64,000 bases of DNA. Source: Alphaproteobacteria bacterium. GTDB lineage: Bacteria; Pseudomonadota; Alphaproteobacteria; SHVV01. This document shows positions 23,862 through 34,681 of this stretch, piece after piece. Where the stretch lies: contig OZ253470.1 of the NCBI GenBank assembly GCA_965261735.1, positions 960,001 through 1,024,000 of the forward strand, in the 5' to 3' direction. A program made the translations under genes and the position numbers. Below the pieces are notes generated by a model that ran no database searches, was not told where the DNA came from, and saw only the letters and a list, made by a program, of their open reading frames with translations. Each line of letters starts with the position of its first letter. The stretch's first letter is position 1.

Positions 23862-23886
23862 AAAAAAGCCAGGAGGGCCCTGGCTT
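23862..23886 (-). terminator. intrinsic terminator-like hairpin in the bamD leader
   Basis: Minus strand AAGCCAGG-gccct-CCTGGCTT-TTTT. Confidence 0.5.
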
Positions 23887-24042
23887 CGCTATCTGCCGGG
23901 GAAGACTATAGCATGGCCGAAGCGATACACGCCAAGGCGCTGGCATGGCGCCAGAGCCGGCGGGGGGGGGTTAGACATGCGCGGCGCACGGGCCCACGGC
24001 CCGCGGAGGCGAGTTTTAAGAGTAGCCTCTCGCGGCGGCGGG

Positions 24043-24984
24043 TTAGGCGAGTGCGGCGGCGGTTGCCGCCAGCGGGTCGCTCTCGCCGCGCCGGCGGCGC
24101 GCGCGGTTATTTAGCTCGACGTAGCTCCAGGCGCTGGCGTCCGCCAGCAGCTTGGCGATCAGTCGGTGAGTCAGGCGATGGCCCGATTGCACGCCCGTGA
24201 ACTCGGCCTGCATCGGGGCGCCCGCCAGGTAGAGGTCGCCCATCGCATCGAGGACCTTGTGGCGGACGAACTCGTCCTCATAGCGCAGGCCGCCCTCGTT
24301 GAGGATGGTATCGCCGTGGACCACTACGGCATTGTCGAGCGAGCCGCCACGCGCCAAACCGCGCGCCAGCAGGCCATCCAATTGCTCGAAGAATCCAAAC
24401 GTGCGGGCGCGCGAAATCTCGCGCCGGAAGACATCGCCCGAAAGCTCGAAGGTGCACTTCTGATCGGCCACCACCGGGCTGGCGAAGTCGATCTCGAAGC
24501 GAACGCGCAAGCTCTCCGCCGGCGCCAGGCGGGCGCGCCGGCCGCCGTCGCGCACCTCAACGCGCTTGAGCACGCGAATGGCGCGGCGCGGGCTGCCCTG
24601 AGCCACGATGCCCGCACGCTCGATCAAGGCCACGAAGGGTGCGGCACTGCCGTCCACGATGGGCACCTCGGGTGCGTCGATCTCGATGAGTGCATTGTCG
24701 ACGCCGCAGCCCAGCAACGCGGCCATCAGGTGCTCGACGGTGGCGACCCGGGTGCCCGCGCCGTTGGAGATGACCGTGCACATGGTGCCGTCGTGTACAT
24801 TCTCGCTCGTCGCCGCGATCGACGCGCGAGCCCCCGCGTGCGGCCCGAGATCCATGCGGCGGAAGACGATGCCGCTGCCCGGTGGCGCCGGGTTCAGCGT
24901 CAGGGTCGCGTCGACACCGCTGTGCAGCCCAACGCCCGTGCAACCTTCGCGCCGCCCGAGCGTCGTCTGTTCGATGATCGCCAT
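24043..24984 (-). CDS. lpxC: UDP-3-O-acyl-GlcNAc deacetylase
   Basis: GVGLHSG, TVEHLMAAL, RARTFGF and RHKVLDAMGDL motifs. Confidence 0.97.
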   Translation of the reverse strand: MAIIEQTTLGRREGCTGVGLHSGVDATLTLNPAPPGSGIVFRRMDLGPHAGARASIAATSENVHDGTMCTVISNGAGTRVATVEHLMAALLGCGVDNALIEIDAPEVPIVDGSAAPFVALIERAGIVAQGSPRRAIRVLKRVEVRDGGRRARLAPAESLRVRFEIDFASPVVADQKCTFELSGDVFRREISRARTFGFFEQLDGLLARGLARGGSLDNAVVVHGDTILNEGGLRYEDEFVRHKVLDAMGDLYLAGAPMQAEFTGVQSGHRLTHRLIAKLLADASAWSYVELNNRARRRRGESDPLAATAAALA

Positions 24985-25200
24985 TCCGCTGAATACACCC
25001 CCACTTGCCAGCACCAGCCGACATCCCCGCAGGGCCCACCCCCGAGCAGCGATTATCGTTGAGATTCAATCGGTTCGGGCCGCGCGTTCTACGCGATCTT
25101 GTAACCACTTCGGCGATCGCACTCAAATCACTCTTTGTTACAGTTTCTTACCCGATTCACGGCTCCTCAAGGCGTGAAATTGGATACTGCCGATCCGCGT

Positions 25201-26892
25201 TCAGTTGGCCTGACGGCGCAGGAAAGCTGGGATTTCTAGCAAATCCTCCTCCCCCCCCATTGGTTTGTCGGCCGCTGCACGCGCAGGCGCGGCTGGGGCC
25301 GCCGCAGGCTCCTCCGGTCTCGCCGCGGGCGGTGCCTTGAACAACGACGACATCCCGACGGTGGCGCTGGGTTGCGCCTTCGCCGCTATCGGTGCCGGCG
25401 CCGCCGCCGGCTCCTTGCGGGCGCGGCCCGTGCCGGTCATGCGCTCGAACAGGCTCGGCTTCGCCGGCCCCGGTTGGGCGCCATTGGCCACCGCCGCCGC
25501 GGCGAAGGGATCTGCCGTCGCGGGCCGCGCCGCCCGTCCCGTTGGCGCCATTGGCCGTGGCGGGATGAAGGGCTTTTCGGCGGACGCTGGCGCGGGTGCC
25601 GTGGGCGCGGGCCGCGCCTCCGCCATGGGAGCCTCCGCGGGTGCTTCAACCGCGACGGCCGCCGCCGCGGCTACCGTGCCACCGCCCGCGGGCGCGTGCA
25701 TCGTCGCTCCGCCTGTAAGCGGGTCGGCGCTGCGAACCGCCGGCGGCGGACTGGCGCGCTCGGCGGCCAGCCGGAGCGGCGGCTGTACCGGCGGCGCCTC
25801 GCTAGCCTGCTGCGCCACGGGCTCGGCGGCGGCGGCGTGAGCGGGCGCCTCCTCGGCCGCGGGCACGGCATGCAGCGTGCCGACCGCGTTGGTCTGGGCA
25901 AAGCTATGGAGCCGCGGCATCGCCGCCTCCGCACCGATTCCGGTGGCCACCAGGGACAGGCGCATGCGGCCCTCGAGCGATTCGTCGAAGGTCGAGCCGA
26001 AGATGATGTTGGCGTCGGAGTCGATCTCCTCGCGGATGCGGTTGGCCGCCTCATCGACCTCGAACAGCGTCATGTCGGCCCCACCGGTGATGTTTATCAG
26101 AACGCCCTTGGCGCCCTTCATCGACACGTCGTCGAGCAGCGGGTTCGCGATCGCCGCTTCCGCCGCCTCGAGCGCGCGCTTCTCGCCCTCGGCCTCGCCG
26201 GTCCCCATCATCGCCTTGCCCATCTCCATCATCACCGTGCGAATGTCGGCAAAATCGAGATTGATCAGCCCCGGCATGACCATGAGGTCGGTGACCCCGC
26301 GCACGCCCGCATAGAGAACGTCGTCCGCCATCTTGAAGGCGTCGGCGAAGGTTGTTTTCTCGTTGGCGACGCGAAACAGGTTCTGGTTGGGGATGACGAT
26401 CAGGGTGTCGACGTGGTGCTGCAGCTCGTCGATCCCGGCCTCGCCGATCGCCATGCGATGGGCGCCCTCGAACTGGAACGGTTTGGTCACCACGCCGACG
26501 GTGAGCGCGCCACGATCGCGGGCCGCCTGGGCGATCACGGGCGCCGCCCCGGTGCCCGTGCCGCCGCCCATGCCGGCGGTGATGAACACCATGTGGCTAC
26601 CCTGAAGATACTCGGTGATTTCCTCGATCACCTCCTCGGCCGCGGCGCGCCCCATGTCGGGACGCGACCCGGCGCCCAAGCCCTGGGTCACGCGCACCCC
26701 GAGCTGCAGCCTACGCTCAGCCTGCGACAGGACGAGCGCCTGCGCGTCCGTGTTCGTGGCCACGAACTCGACGCCTTCGAGACGAGCGTTGATCATGTTG
26801 TTGACCGCGTTGCCGCCGGCCCCGCCGACCCCGATGACAGTGATCTGGGGCTTCAGTTCGGTGACCTCCGGCATACTCAGATTGATCGTCAT
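25201..26892 (-). CDS. ftsZ: cell division protein FtsZ
   Basis: [20 protein letters not shown], long Ala/Pro linker, [12 protein letters not shown] tail. Confidence 0.98.
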   Translation of the reverse strand: MTINLSMPEVTELKPQITVIGVGGAGGNAVNNMINARLEGVEFVATNTDAQALVLSQAERRLQLGVRVTQGLGAGSRPDMGRAAAEEVIEEITEYLQGSHMVFITAGMGGGTGTGAAPVIAQAARDRGALTVGVVTKPFQFEGAHRMAIGEAGIDELQHHVDTLIVIPNQNLFRVANEKTTFADAFKMADDVLYAGVRGVTDLMVMPGLINLDFADIRTVMMEMGKAMMGTGEAEGEKRALEAAEAAIANPLLDDVSMKGAKGVLINITGGADMTLFEVDEAANRIREEIDSDANIIFGSTFDESLEGRMRLSLVATGIGAEAAMPRLHSFAQTNAVGTLHAVPAAEEAPAHAAAAEPVAQQASEAPPVQPPLRLAAERASPPPAVRSADPLTGGATMHAPAGGGTVAAAAAVAVEAPAEAPMAEARPAPTAPAPASAEKPFIPPRPMAPTGRAARPATADPFAAAAVANGAQPGPAKPSLFERMTGTGRARKEPAAAPAPIAAKAQPSATVGMSSLFKAPPAARPEEPAAAPAAPARAAADKPMGGEEDLLEIPAFLRRQAN

Positions 26893-26984
26893 GTTCCCCT
26901 CCAAACGCTTGCTGCCGCTAGAGTTCAATCAAGACCCGTTCGCTCATGGTGCCGGTTGCCCCGGCTTCCCCCGTCATGCTCAAG

Positions 26985-28226
26985 CTAAACACTCTCGCTC
27001 AACCACCGGCGCAGACGGCCGAGGCGGCTCGGCGCGGCGGCCGCTTCGATCATCTCGTCGCGGGCCGCGCGTGCGGCGTAGCACAGCAGTCCCGCGCACG
27101 CCGTGAATGCCGGTCCACCCATGGCCTCGGCCAAGCCGCCGATACGGGTCGGCCGGCCGAGTCGGACCTGGCGGTCGAGGACGCGGCTCGCGAGCTCGCG
27201 CACGCCTTGCAGCTGGCTCGCGCCGCCGGTGAGGACGACACGCCGACCCGCCAGCTGTCGCGCGCCCGCGGAGTCGAGCCGGTCGCGCACGATCTCGAAA
27301 ATCTCCTCGAGCCGCGGCCGAATGATGCCGACCAGCATGGAACGCGCGACCGGATTTGTGCTCTCGGCCTCGTCCTCGCCGACCAGCGGCACATTGATGA
27401 CCTCGCCATGGTCGGACGGACTCGGCACGGCGCTGCCGTAGAGCGTCTTCATGCGCTCGGCGTGGACGGCCGGCGTCGCCAGCCCGCGGGCGATGTCGTT
27501 GGTCACGTGCTGGCCGCCGAGTGCGACGCTGTCGACGTGAACCAGGCTACCGCCGAGGAACACCCCGAGCGAGGTCGTGCCGCCGCCGAGATCGATCACG
27601 GTGACGCCGACCTCCATTTCGTCGTCGACCAGGCTGGCCAGCCCGGACGCATAGGCCGACTCGACGACCTGAGCGATGCGGAGGTCGCCGCGCTCGACAC
27701 ACAGCGCGAGATTGCGCAGCGGGCCGGGCGCCGCCGTGACGACGTGCAAATCGACGCCGAGCCTGGCCCCGAACATGCCGCGCGGCTCACGCACCCCATT
27801 CACGCCGTCGATCGAGTAGCCGACGGGAATCGCATGGATGATGCGGCCCTCTCCGGCATCGCTGTGGGCGCGCGCCTCGGCCAGAGCGCGGCCGATGTCG
27901 GCGTCGCCGACATGGTAACCGTTGATCGCCACTTCCGCCGTGACTCGCGTCGAGGCGGGACGGCACGCGGACAGGTTGAGATAGACCTCGTCAACCGTCT
28001 GTCCCGCCATGCGCTCGGCCGCGTCGACCGCGCCGCGGATCGACTCCTCGGCGGCCTGCATGTCGACGACGGCGCCGGCGGCGAGGCCTTTCGAGGCCTG
28101 ATATCCGATCCCGGCGACGCGAATCGCTCCACCGGACTCTTGGGCGACGAAGCAGCACACCTTGGAGGTGCCGACGTCGAGCGCCGTTAGGGTGCTGTTG
28201 CGGCCGCCGCCGAGGCCTACCGCCAT
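26985..28226 (-). CDS. ftsA: cell division protein FtsA
   Basis: LDVGTSKV, IDLGGGTT and VLTGGASQL motifs. Confidence 0.97.
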   Translation of the reverse strand: MAVGLGGGRNSTLTALDVGTSKVCCFVAQESGGAIRVAGIGYQASKGLAAGAVVDMQAAEESIRGAVDAAERMAGQTVDEVYLNLSACRPASTRVTAEVAINGYHVGDADIGRALAEARAHSDAGEGRIIHAIPVGYSIDGVNGVREPRGMFGARLGVDLHVVTAAPGPLRNLALCVERGDLRIAQVVESAYASGLASLVDDEMEVGVTVIDLGGGTTSLGVFLGGSLVHVDSVALGGQHVTNDIARGLATPAVHAERMKTLYGSAVPSPSDHGEVINVPLVGEDEAESTNPVARSMLVGIIRPRLEEIFEIVRDRLDSAGARQLAGRRVVLTGGASQLQGVRELASRVLDRQVRLGRPTRIGGLAEAMGGPAFTACAGLLCYAARAARDEMIEAAAAPSRLGRLRRWLSESV

Positions 28227-28263
28227 GGCGTCCTCGCGATCTCGTAGAGCCCGTTCATGGCCT

Positions 28264-29109
28264 TCACGTGTCCTCGCCAGGCGCCCGCCGCGCCAATGCC
28301 GCCGGTGTCAGCTCGACGATGAGCCGATCGGGTATCCTCAGATCGATCGCCACCAGGTCGCGACCAAGGATCATGTGTTCGCGCTCGTACTCGGCGAGCC
28401 GGCGCCACGCCTCGCCGGCCGCCTCCTCGGGCAGCTTGACCTCTATGCTGTCGTCGAGCTTGAGGTTCCAGCGCCGCTCGCCGACGCGGACCGCCGCGCT
28501 CACGCGGAGCGCGAGGTCGGGCTCACCTGACAACATCTCGACGAGCGCCGCGGCATGCTCGGCGGCGTCCGGACCGACGACCAGCGGGAGGTGCGCGAAT
28601 CGGCCGAGCCGCTTGCTGGTGATGGCCGCGCCGTCGCGGCTGACGAGCATCAAGCCGCCATCATGTTGCCATAGCGCGAACGGCCGGCGCTCGATAAGGC
28701 GCACGTGGACCATGCCGGGCAGGCGCCGCGATACGGTCGCCGACTCGATCCAGCCGAGGGTCTCGAGCCGCGCCCGCGCCGCCTCGAGGTCGACACCGAG
28801 AATGGAAACACCCCGAGGGATGCCGAGGGCGACCTCGATCTCGGCGGCGCTCGCCTCGATGCGCCCGCTGACGTAGATATCCTTGACCGTGAGGCCGACG
28901 CTGGAAACGGCGCGCGCCGCCAGCGTCCGGCCCCAACGCACCGCCGCCGCCGGATAACCGGCATACCACAGCCCCCCACCGCCCGCGGCGAAGCCCACGA
29001 GCACCACGGCGATCGCCGCTCTCATGCGCCCGCGCGGGGGCCGGCGGCGGCGCGCCGCGGGAGCACGGGCACCCTGGTCGCGCCAGGCGCGAAGGGTCAG
29101 CGGAGACAT
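28264..29109 (-). CDS. ftsQ: cell division protein FtsQ
   Basis: Basic N-terminus, TM helix, POTRA, ERRPFALWQ, IDLRIPDRL; synteny. Confidence 0.93.
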   Translation of the reverse strand: MSPLTLRAWRDQGARAPAARRRRPPRGRMRAAIAVVLVGFAAGGGGLWYAGYPAAAVRWGRTLAARAVSSVGLTVKDIYVSGRIEASAAEIEVALGIPRGVSILGVDLEAARARLETLGWIESATVSRRLPGMVHVRLIERRPFALWQHDGGLMLVSRDGAAITSKRLGRFAHLPLVVGPDAAEHAAALVEMLSGEPDLALRVSAAVRVGERRWNLKLDDSIEVKLPEEAAGEAWRRLAEYEREHMILGRDLVAIDLRIPDRLIVELTPAALARRAPGEDT

Positions 29110-30008
29110 CCTGCGTCCTCGACAATCCAAGTCACGAGATCGGCAAAACCGATGCCGTCATACGCGGCGATCTCAGGCACCAGCGACAACGGCGTCATGC
29201 CAGGCTGGGTGTTGACCTCGAGCAGATAGAAGCGGCCCGGCGTACCCGACGTGTCGTCGTAGCGCAGGTCGGCGCGGGTGACGCCGCGGCAACCCAACGC
29301 CTCGTGCGCGAGCCCCCCAATCTCGAGAGCCTCGTCGTACGCCTGCGCCGGCAGCGGCGCCGGCATGACATGCACCGCCCTGCCCTCGCTGTACTTGGCT
29401 TCATAGTCGTAAAAGCGGCCGATCGGCTGAATCTCGATGGCGCCGAGCGCACGCTCGCCCATCACGGCAACGTGGATCTCGCGCCCTGGCACGTAACGCT
29501 CGACGAGAACCGAGTCGCCGTAGGGCCATTCGGCGAGATCGCTTGCCGCGGAATTGTCGCCCTCGAGCACGATGGTGACGCCGACGCTGGAGCCCTCATT
29601 GAGCGGCTTGACCACGTAGGGCGGGCTCATCACCGGGTGCGCGAGCAGGTCATCGCGTGTCACGACTTCGCCGTCTGGACAAGTCAGGCCGGCGTCGTGG
29701 AACAGGCGCCGTGCCGTCGGCTTGTGCATGGCCAGCGCCGAGGCGAGCACGCCGGAATGGGTGTAGGGAACGCCGAGCGTCTCGAGCACGCCCTGAATAC
29801 AGCCGTCCTCGCCGAACCCGCCGTGGAGCGCGTTGAAGGCGAGGTCGGGCGCTAGCTCGTTGAGCACGGCCGCGATGTCGCGGCCGACGTCGACCGTCGT
29901 CGCGCGATAGCCGCTCTGCTCGAGGGCTTCGGCGACGGCGTTGCCCGAGACCAGCGACACCTCCCGTTCGGCCGACCACCCGCCCATCAGCACGGCGACG
30001 TGAGTCAT
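29097..30008 (-). CDS. ddl: D-alanine--D-alanine ligase
   Basis: VAVLMGGWSAEREVSL, HGGFGEDG and EVNTQPGMT motifs. Confidence 0.97.
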   Translation of the reverse strand: MTHVAVLMGGWSAEREVSLVSGNAVAEALEQSGYRATTVDVGRDIAAVLNELAPDLAFNALHGGFGEDGCIQGVLETLGVPYTHSGVLASALAMHKPTARRLFHDAGLTCPDGEVVTRDDLLAHPVMSPPYVVKPLNEGSSVGVTIVLEGDNSAASDLAEWPYGDSVLVERYVPGREIHVAVMGERALGAIEIQPIGRFYDYEAKYSEGRAVHVMPAPLPAQAYDEALEIGGLAHEALGCRGVTRADLRYDDTSGTPGRFYLLEVNTQPGMTPLSLVPEIAAYDGIGFADLVTWIVEDAGCLR

Positions 30009-30973
30009 GGCGCGACCTCGCCGACCGGACCCGCGGCATGGCGGCCGACGCGGCGGATCTCCCACTCCAGGGTCACGCCGGTCTCGGCGGCGACGCGGCG
30101 GCGCACCTCCTCGCCCAGCGCCTCCAAATCGGCGGCCGTGGCCGCGCCGGTATTGACGAGGAAGTTGCAGTGATGTTCGGAGACCACGGCGCTGCCGCGG
30201 CGCAAGCCGCGGCAGCCGGCGCGCTCGATCAGCTCCCACGCCTTGGCGCCGCCTGCGGCGGAGGCGTCGGGGTTGAGGAAGGTGCTGCCGCCGGTGCGGC
30301 TGCGCACCGGCTGGCTGTCCGCGCGCGCGCCCTGGACCGCCTCCATGCGGCGCGCGATCTCCGCCGGATCGTCCCGCTCGCCGTCGAGCGCGGCGGCGGT
30401 GAAGATCCAGTCCTCGGGCACGGCGCAGGTGCGATACCCGAATCCGATGTCCTCGGCGCCGAGGCGGTGGACGCTGCCGCGCGCATCGAGCGCCTCGGCC
30501 CAAGCGACGACGGCCGCCGCGTCGCCGCCGTAGGCGCCGCCGTTCATGCGCAGCGCACCGCCGATGGTGCCCGGCACGCCGCTCAGAAACTCGAGCCCGG
30601 CGATGCCGGCATCGCGCGCCACATGGGCGACGTTGAGGTCGAGCGCACCCGCGCCCGCATATACCTGCGGCCGCTCGCGGTCGGGCTCGATGGCGGCGAA
30701 GCCGCGACCCAAGCGAACAACCACGCCGTCGATGCCGCCGTCGCGGACCAGAAGATTCGAGGCGACGCCGATCACGGTCACCGGCACGTCCGCGGGCTTG
30801 GCGGCGAGGAAGGCGCTGAGGTCGTCCGCGTCGGCGGGCCGGAACATGACCTCGGCAGGGCCGCCGACGCGGAACCAGGTAACCCCGGCGAGCGGCGCGC
30901 GCACGCGGTAGCGGCCGCGGACCGGAGGTAGTCGGTCGATGAGCGCCGGCCGTTTCGCGCCCGCCGCCATCAT
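30005..30973 (-). CDS. murB: UDP-N-acetylmuramate dehydrogenase
   Basis: [23 protein letters not shown] and HCNFLVN motifs. Confidence 0.96.
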   Translation of the reverse strand: MMAAGAKRPALIDRLPPVRGRYRVRAPLAGVTWFRVGGPAEVMFRPADADDLSAFLAAKPADVPVTVIGVASNLLVRDGGIDGVVVRLGRGFAAIEPDRERPQVYAGAGALDLNVAHVARDAGIAGLEFLSGVPGTIGGALRMNGGAYGGDAAAVVAWAEALDARGSVHRLGAEDIGFGYRTCAVPEDWIFTAAALDGERDDPAEIARRMEAVQGARADSQPVRSRTGGSTFLNPDASAAGGAKAWELIERAGCRGLRRGSAVVSEHHCNFLVNTGAATAADLEALGEEVRRRVAAETGVTLEWEIRRVGRHAAGPVGEVAP

Positions 30974-32409
30974 GAGCGGGCTCCCGCTCGGTGAGGCCCA
31001 TCGGCGAGGAGCCGCGCCAGTTCGTCCGGCAGAGCCTCGGCCCACGCGGTGATGCTTCCGGCGCCGAGGCAAATCACCAGATCGCCCGGCGCCGCGATCT
31101 CGGCGACCATGCGTGCAAGGTCCCCCGGCGCATCGAGCGCGCGCACGGAGCGGTGGCCGTGGCGGCGCAGCCCATCGACCAAGGCGTCGCGGCCGATACC
31201 CCGAAGCGGGTCCTCGCCGGCCGCGTAGATGTCGGCGACGACGACCGTGTCGGCATCGTTGAAGCAGCTGCAGAACTCGTCGAACAGGTGTTGCACGCGC
31301 GTGTAGCGGTGCGGCTGCATGACCGCGACGATGCGGCCCTCATAGGCGGTTCGGGCGGCACTCAGGACGGCGGCGATCTCGACCGGATGGTGAGCGTAGT
31401 CGTCGATCACGGTGATACCGCCGGCTTCGCCCGTGCGCGTGAAACGGCGCTTCACGCCCTTGAATCCGGCGAGCGCGCGCCGGACCACGTCGTCCGCCAT
31501 CCCCATTTCGCGCGCCACCGCGACCGCGGCCAAGGAGTTGAGCACGTTGTGGGCGCCGGGCATCGGAAGCGACAGACCCTGGAGGGTGCGGCGCGTGCCG
31601 AGCGCCCGATCGGTATGGATGACGTCGTAGGTCGACCCCTGCGCCGAGTACTGCGCGTTGACCGCGCACACATCAGCCTGAGGCGCGATCCCGTAGGTAA
31701 CGAGGCGGCGGTCCGAGATACGCCCGATCATCGCCTGGACCTCGGGGTGGTCGATGCACAGGGCGGCGAAGCCATAGAAGGGGATGTTCTCGACGAAGGT
31801 CTGAAAGGCCCGGCGCTCGGCGTCGAAATCGCCGTAGAAATCGAGATGCTCGGGGTCGATGTTGGTGACCACCGCGATCGTCGCCGGCAGCTTGACGAAG
31901 GTCCCGTCCGATTCATCGGCCTCGACGACCATCCAGTCGCCGTCGCCGAGGCGGGTGTTGGTGCCGTAGGCGTTGATGATGCCGCCGTTGATGACCGTGG
32001 GATCGAAGTCCGCGGCCTCCAACAGCGAGGCGATCATCGACGTCGTCGTGGTCTTGCCGTGGGTGCCGCCGACGGCGATCGACCAGCGCAGGCGCATCAG
32101 CTCGGCCAACATTTCGGCACGCCGCACAACCGGCAGGAAGCGGGCGCGCGCCGCCTCGACTTCGGGGTTGTCCGTGCCGACCGCCGAGGACACTACAACG
32201 ACCTGGGCCTCGCCCAGGTTGGCGGCATCATGGCCCGCGGCGATGCCGATACCGAGCGCCCTCAGGCGTACCACGTTGCTGCCTTCGACGGCGTCGCTGC
32301 CCTGCACCGCATAGCCGAGGTTGTGCATGATCTCGGCAATCCCACTCATGCCGATGCCGCCGATGCCGACGAAGTGGATGGGGCCGATGTCGAGCGGGAG
32401 GTACCTCAC
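30970..32409 (-). CDS. murC: UDP-N-acetylmuramate--L-alanine ligase
   Basis: [27 protein letters not shown] and DDYAHHP motifs; GTG start. Confidence 0.97.
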   Translation of the reverse strand: MRYLPLDIGPIHFVGIGGIGMSGIAEIMHNLGYAVQGSDAVEGSNVVRLRALGIGIAAGHDAANLGEAQVVVVSSAVGTDNPEVEAARARFLPVVRRAEMLAELMRLRWSIAVGGTHGKTTTTSMIASLLEAADFDPTVINGGIINAYGTNTRLGDGDWMVVEADESDGTFVKLPATIAVVTNIDPEHLDFYGDFDAERRAFQTFVENIPFYGFAALCIDHPEVQAMIGRISDRRLVTYGIAPQADVCAVNAQYSAQGSTYDVIHTDRALGTRRTLQGLSLPMPGAHNVLNSLAAVAVAREMGMADDVVRRALAGFKGVKRRFTRTGEAGGITVIDDYAHHPVEIAAVLSAARTAYEGRIVAVMQPHRYTRVQHLFDEFCSCFNDADTVVVADIYAAGEDPLRGIGRDALVDGLRRHGHRSVRALDAPGDLARMVAEIAAPGDLVICLGAGSITAWAEALPDELARLLADGPHRAGARS

Positions 32410-33548
32410 CGCGCGGCCCCCCGGCGCCCGCGCTCGTCTCGGTTCGGCGCCAGGCCCTCGACCAGATCGGCAAGATGGCGCGCCGCGTCCGGCGTGGCCG
32501 CGTTGCGCGCCTGCTCGGCGGCGGACGCGAGCGCGGTGGGGTCGGCGGCGAGCGCCTCGAGCCGGGTGGCCAGCGCGGACGCGGTGAAATCCGCCTCCCC
32601 GATCAGCCATGCGCCACCCCGATCCGCGAGCGTCCGGGCGTTGGCGCGCTGATGATCATCGAACGCCGCGGCGAAGGGCACCAGGATCGCCGGCCGGCCG
32701 GCGGTCGCGAGCTCCGCCACCGTGGCCGCTCCGGCGCGCGCGATCACCAAGTGGGCGTCGGCCAACCGGGCCGGAAGATCGGCGAAGAAGGGGGCGAGCT
32801 CGGCCCGGATCGCGGCGCGCCCGTAGTGCGCGCGGACGCCCGCCATGTCCTCGGGCCGGCACTGCTGCGCAACGTCGAGCCGCGCCCGCAGGTCACCATC
32901 GAGCGCGGCGAGCGCGGGTGGCACCACCCTGGAGAAGATCCGCGCGCCCTGGCTGCCACCTATAACAAGGAGGCGAAGGGTGCGCTCCGCCGCCGGCGGC
33001 CTATAGAGCGACGCGGCGATCGCGGCGATTTCGGCGCGCACCGGATTGCCGGTGAGGGCGGTCTCGGTGTCGCGCGCACGCTCAAGGCCGCGGGTGTGCG
33101 CGAGCGACAGCGCGATCCGCGAGACGTGCGGCGCGAGCAGGCGATTGACACGACCGAGTACCGCGTTCTGCTCGTGGATGACCGTCGGAATACCGGCCCA
33201 CAGCGCGGCAAGCAGCGTCGGAAGCGACGGGTAGCCGCCGAAGCCGACCGCGACGCCGGCTTGGAGGCGGGCGAGCAGGCGACGCGCGGCGAGCGTCCCC
33301 GCGGCAATATCGAACACCCCCTTGAGCGAGCCGAGGGGCCGGCTCAGCGCCAGCGTCCCGGCGCGCACCGCGTGGGTCTCGATCGCGCCCTGCGCCGCGC
33401 CGGTATCGGCCGGCGCCCACGCCGCGCCCCGCGAATCGGTGATCAATGCGAGCCGCCGTCCGCGCGCCAGCAGCTCGCCCGCCAGTGCATGGGCGGGAAA
33501 GACGTGGCCGCCGGTGCCGCCGGCGGCGAGAACAATCGGCGCGCTCAC
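32406..33548 (-). CDS. murG: lipid II GlcNAc transferase
   Basis: [22 protein letters not shown] and DDHQRANA motifs. Confidence 0.96.
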   Translation of the reverse strand: MSAPIVLAAGGTGGHVFPAHALAGELLARGRRLALITDSRGAAWAPADTGAAQGAIETHAVRAGTLALSRPLGSLKGVFDIAAGTLAARRLLARLQAGVAVGFGGYPSLPTLLAALWAGIPTVIHEQNAVLGRVNRLLAPHVSRIALSLAHTRGLERARDTETALTGNPVRAEIAAIAASLYRPPAAERTLRLLVIGGSQGARIFSRVVPPALAALDGDLRARLDVAQQCRPEDMAGVRAHYGRAAIRAELAPFFADLPARLADAHLVIARAGAATVAELATAGRPAILVPFAAAFDDHQRANARTLADRGGAWLIGEADFTASALATRLEALAADPTALASAAEQARNAATPDAARHLADLVEGLAPNRDERGRRGAAR

Positions 33549-34681
33549 GGCGCCGACCCCCCAATATCCCCGCCGCCGGCTCTCCGGCGCGTCAACGCCA
33601 GCACCATACCCATACCGAGTGCCAGCGCGACGAGCGAGGAGCCGCCGTAGCTGATGAACGGGAGGGTCATGCCCTTGGTCGGGAGGAGGCGCAGGTTGAC
33701 TCCCATGTTGATGGCCGCCTGCAAACCGAACTGGGTGAGCAGGCCGGTCGCGGCGAGCAGGACGAAGTAGCTCGACTCGCGCTGCAGACGGCTGAATCCC
33801 CTGAGCACGACGAAGGCGAACAGGCCGACGATGAGGAGGCAGGTCACGAGCCCGAACTCCTCGCCGGCGACCGCGAAGATAAAATCGGTATGGGCGTCGG
33901 GCAGGACCTGCTTGACCACGCCCTCGCCCGGGCCGCGACCGAGGAGTCCCCCCATGCCGAAGGCCTCCAGCGCGGTATCGATCTGGTAGCTGTCGCCGCT
34001 CGCGGGATCGAGGAAGCGGTCGATGCGGCTGGCCGCGTGGGGCAGTAACGCGTATGCGGCAAGGCCACCGGCGCCCCCCACGGCGAAGACGCCGACGATC
34101 CAGGGTGTGGCGAGCCCGGCGAGGTACAGTTGGACCGACCACACGGCACCGATCACCGCCATCATGCCGATGTCGGGTTGCGCGGCGAGCAGCGCGAGCA
34201 TCAGCGCCAGCAGGGCGAGGGCGAGCCCATAGGCGGCCAAGCCAGGACGCCCCGAGCTCGCCGAAAGAACCCAAGCGATGGCGACGACGAACGTCGGCTT
34301 GAGGAACTCGGAGGGCTGCACCACGAGTGGACCGATGGCGAGCCACCGCCGGGCGCCGTTGATGTCCTCGCCGCCGACGAGCGTTAGCGCGGTGAGGATC
34401 AGCGCGCCTGCAAACCCGGCCACGGCCATGCGGCGTACACCGAGCGGGCTAAGCAGCGCCACCCCGCCCATGATCGCGAGCGCCGCCAACAGCACGATGA
34501 ACTGGCGCCGAGCGAAGTAGAAGGCGTCGAGGTTGAGGCGCTCGGCGACCGCGGGGCTCGCGGCCATCACCAGAATCATGCCGAGCGCGGCGAGAAGCGC
34601 GATGGCCAGAAGCTGCCAGCGATCGACCGTCCACCACCAGCGGCCGACGATGCTGGTGTCGGTGCGGGCAACGCCAATCAT
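33545..34681 (-). CDS. ftsW: peptidoglycan polymerase FtsW
   Basis: RWWWTVD, QPSEFLKP, LPDAHTDF and PFISYGGSS motifs. Confidence 0.96.
   Translation of the reverse strand: MIGVARTDTSIVGRWWWTVDRWQLLAIALLAALGMILVMAASPAVAERLNLDAFYFARRQFIVLLAALAIMGGVALLSPLGVRRMAVAGFAGALILTALTLVGGEDINGARRWLAIGPLVVQPSEFLKPTFVVAIAWVLSASSGRPGLAAYGLALALLALMLALLAAQPDIGMMAVIGAVWSVQLYLAGLATPWIVGVFAVGGAGGLAAYALLPHAASRIDRFLDPASGDSYQIDTALEAFGMGGLLGRGPGEGVVKQVLPDAHTDFIFAVAGEEFGLVTCLLIVGLFAFVVLRGFSRLQRESSYFVLLAATGLLTQFGLQAAINMGVNLRLLPTKGMTLPFISYGGSSLVALALGMGMVLALTRRRAGGGDIGGSAP

Noticed and set aside
25250-25900. Long low-complexity Ala/Pro insert in FtsZ
   Set aside because: An extended C-terminal linker is normal for alphaproteobacterial FtsZ.
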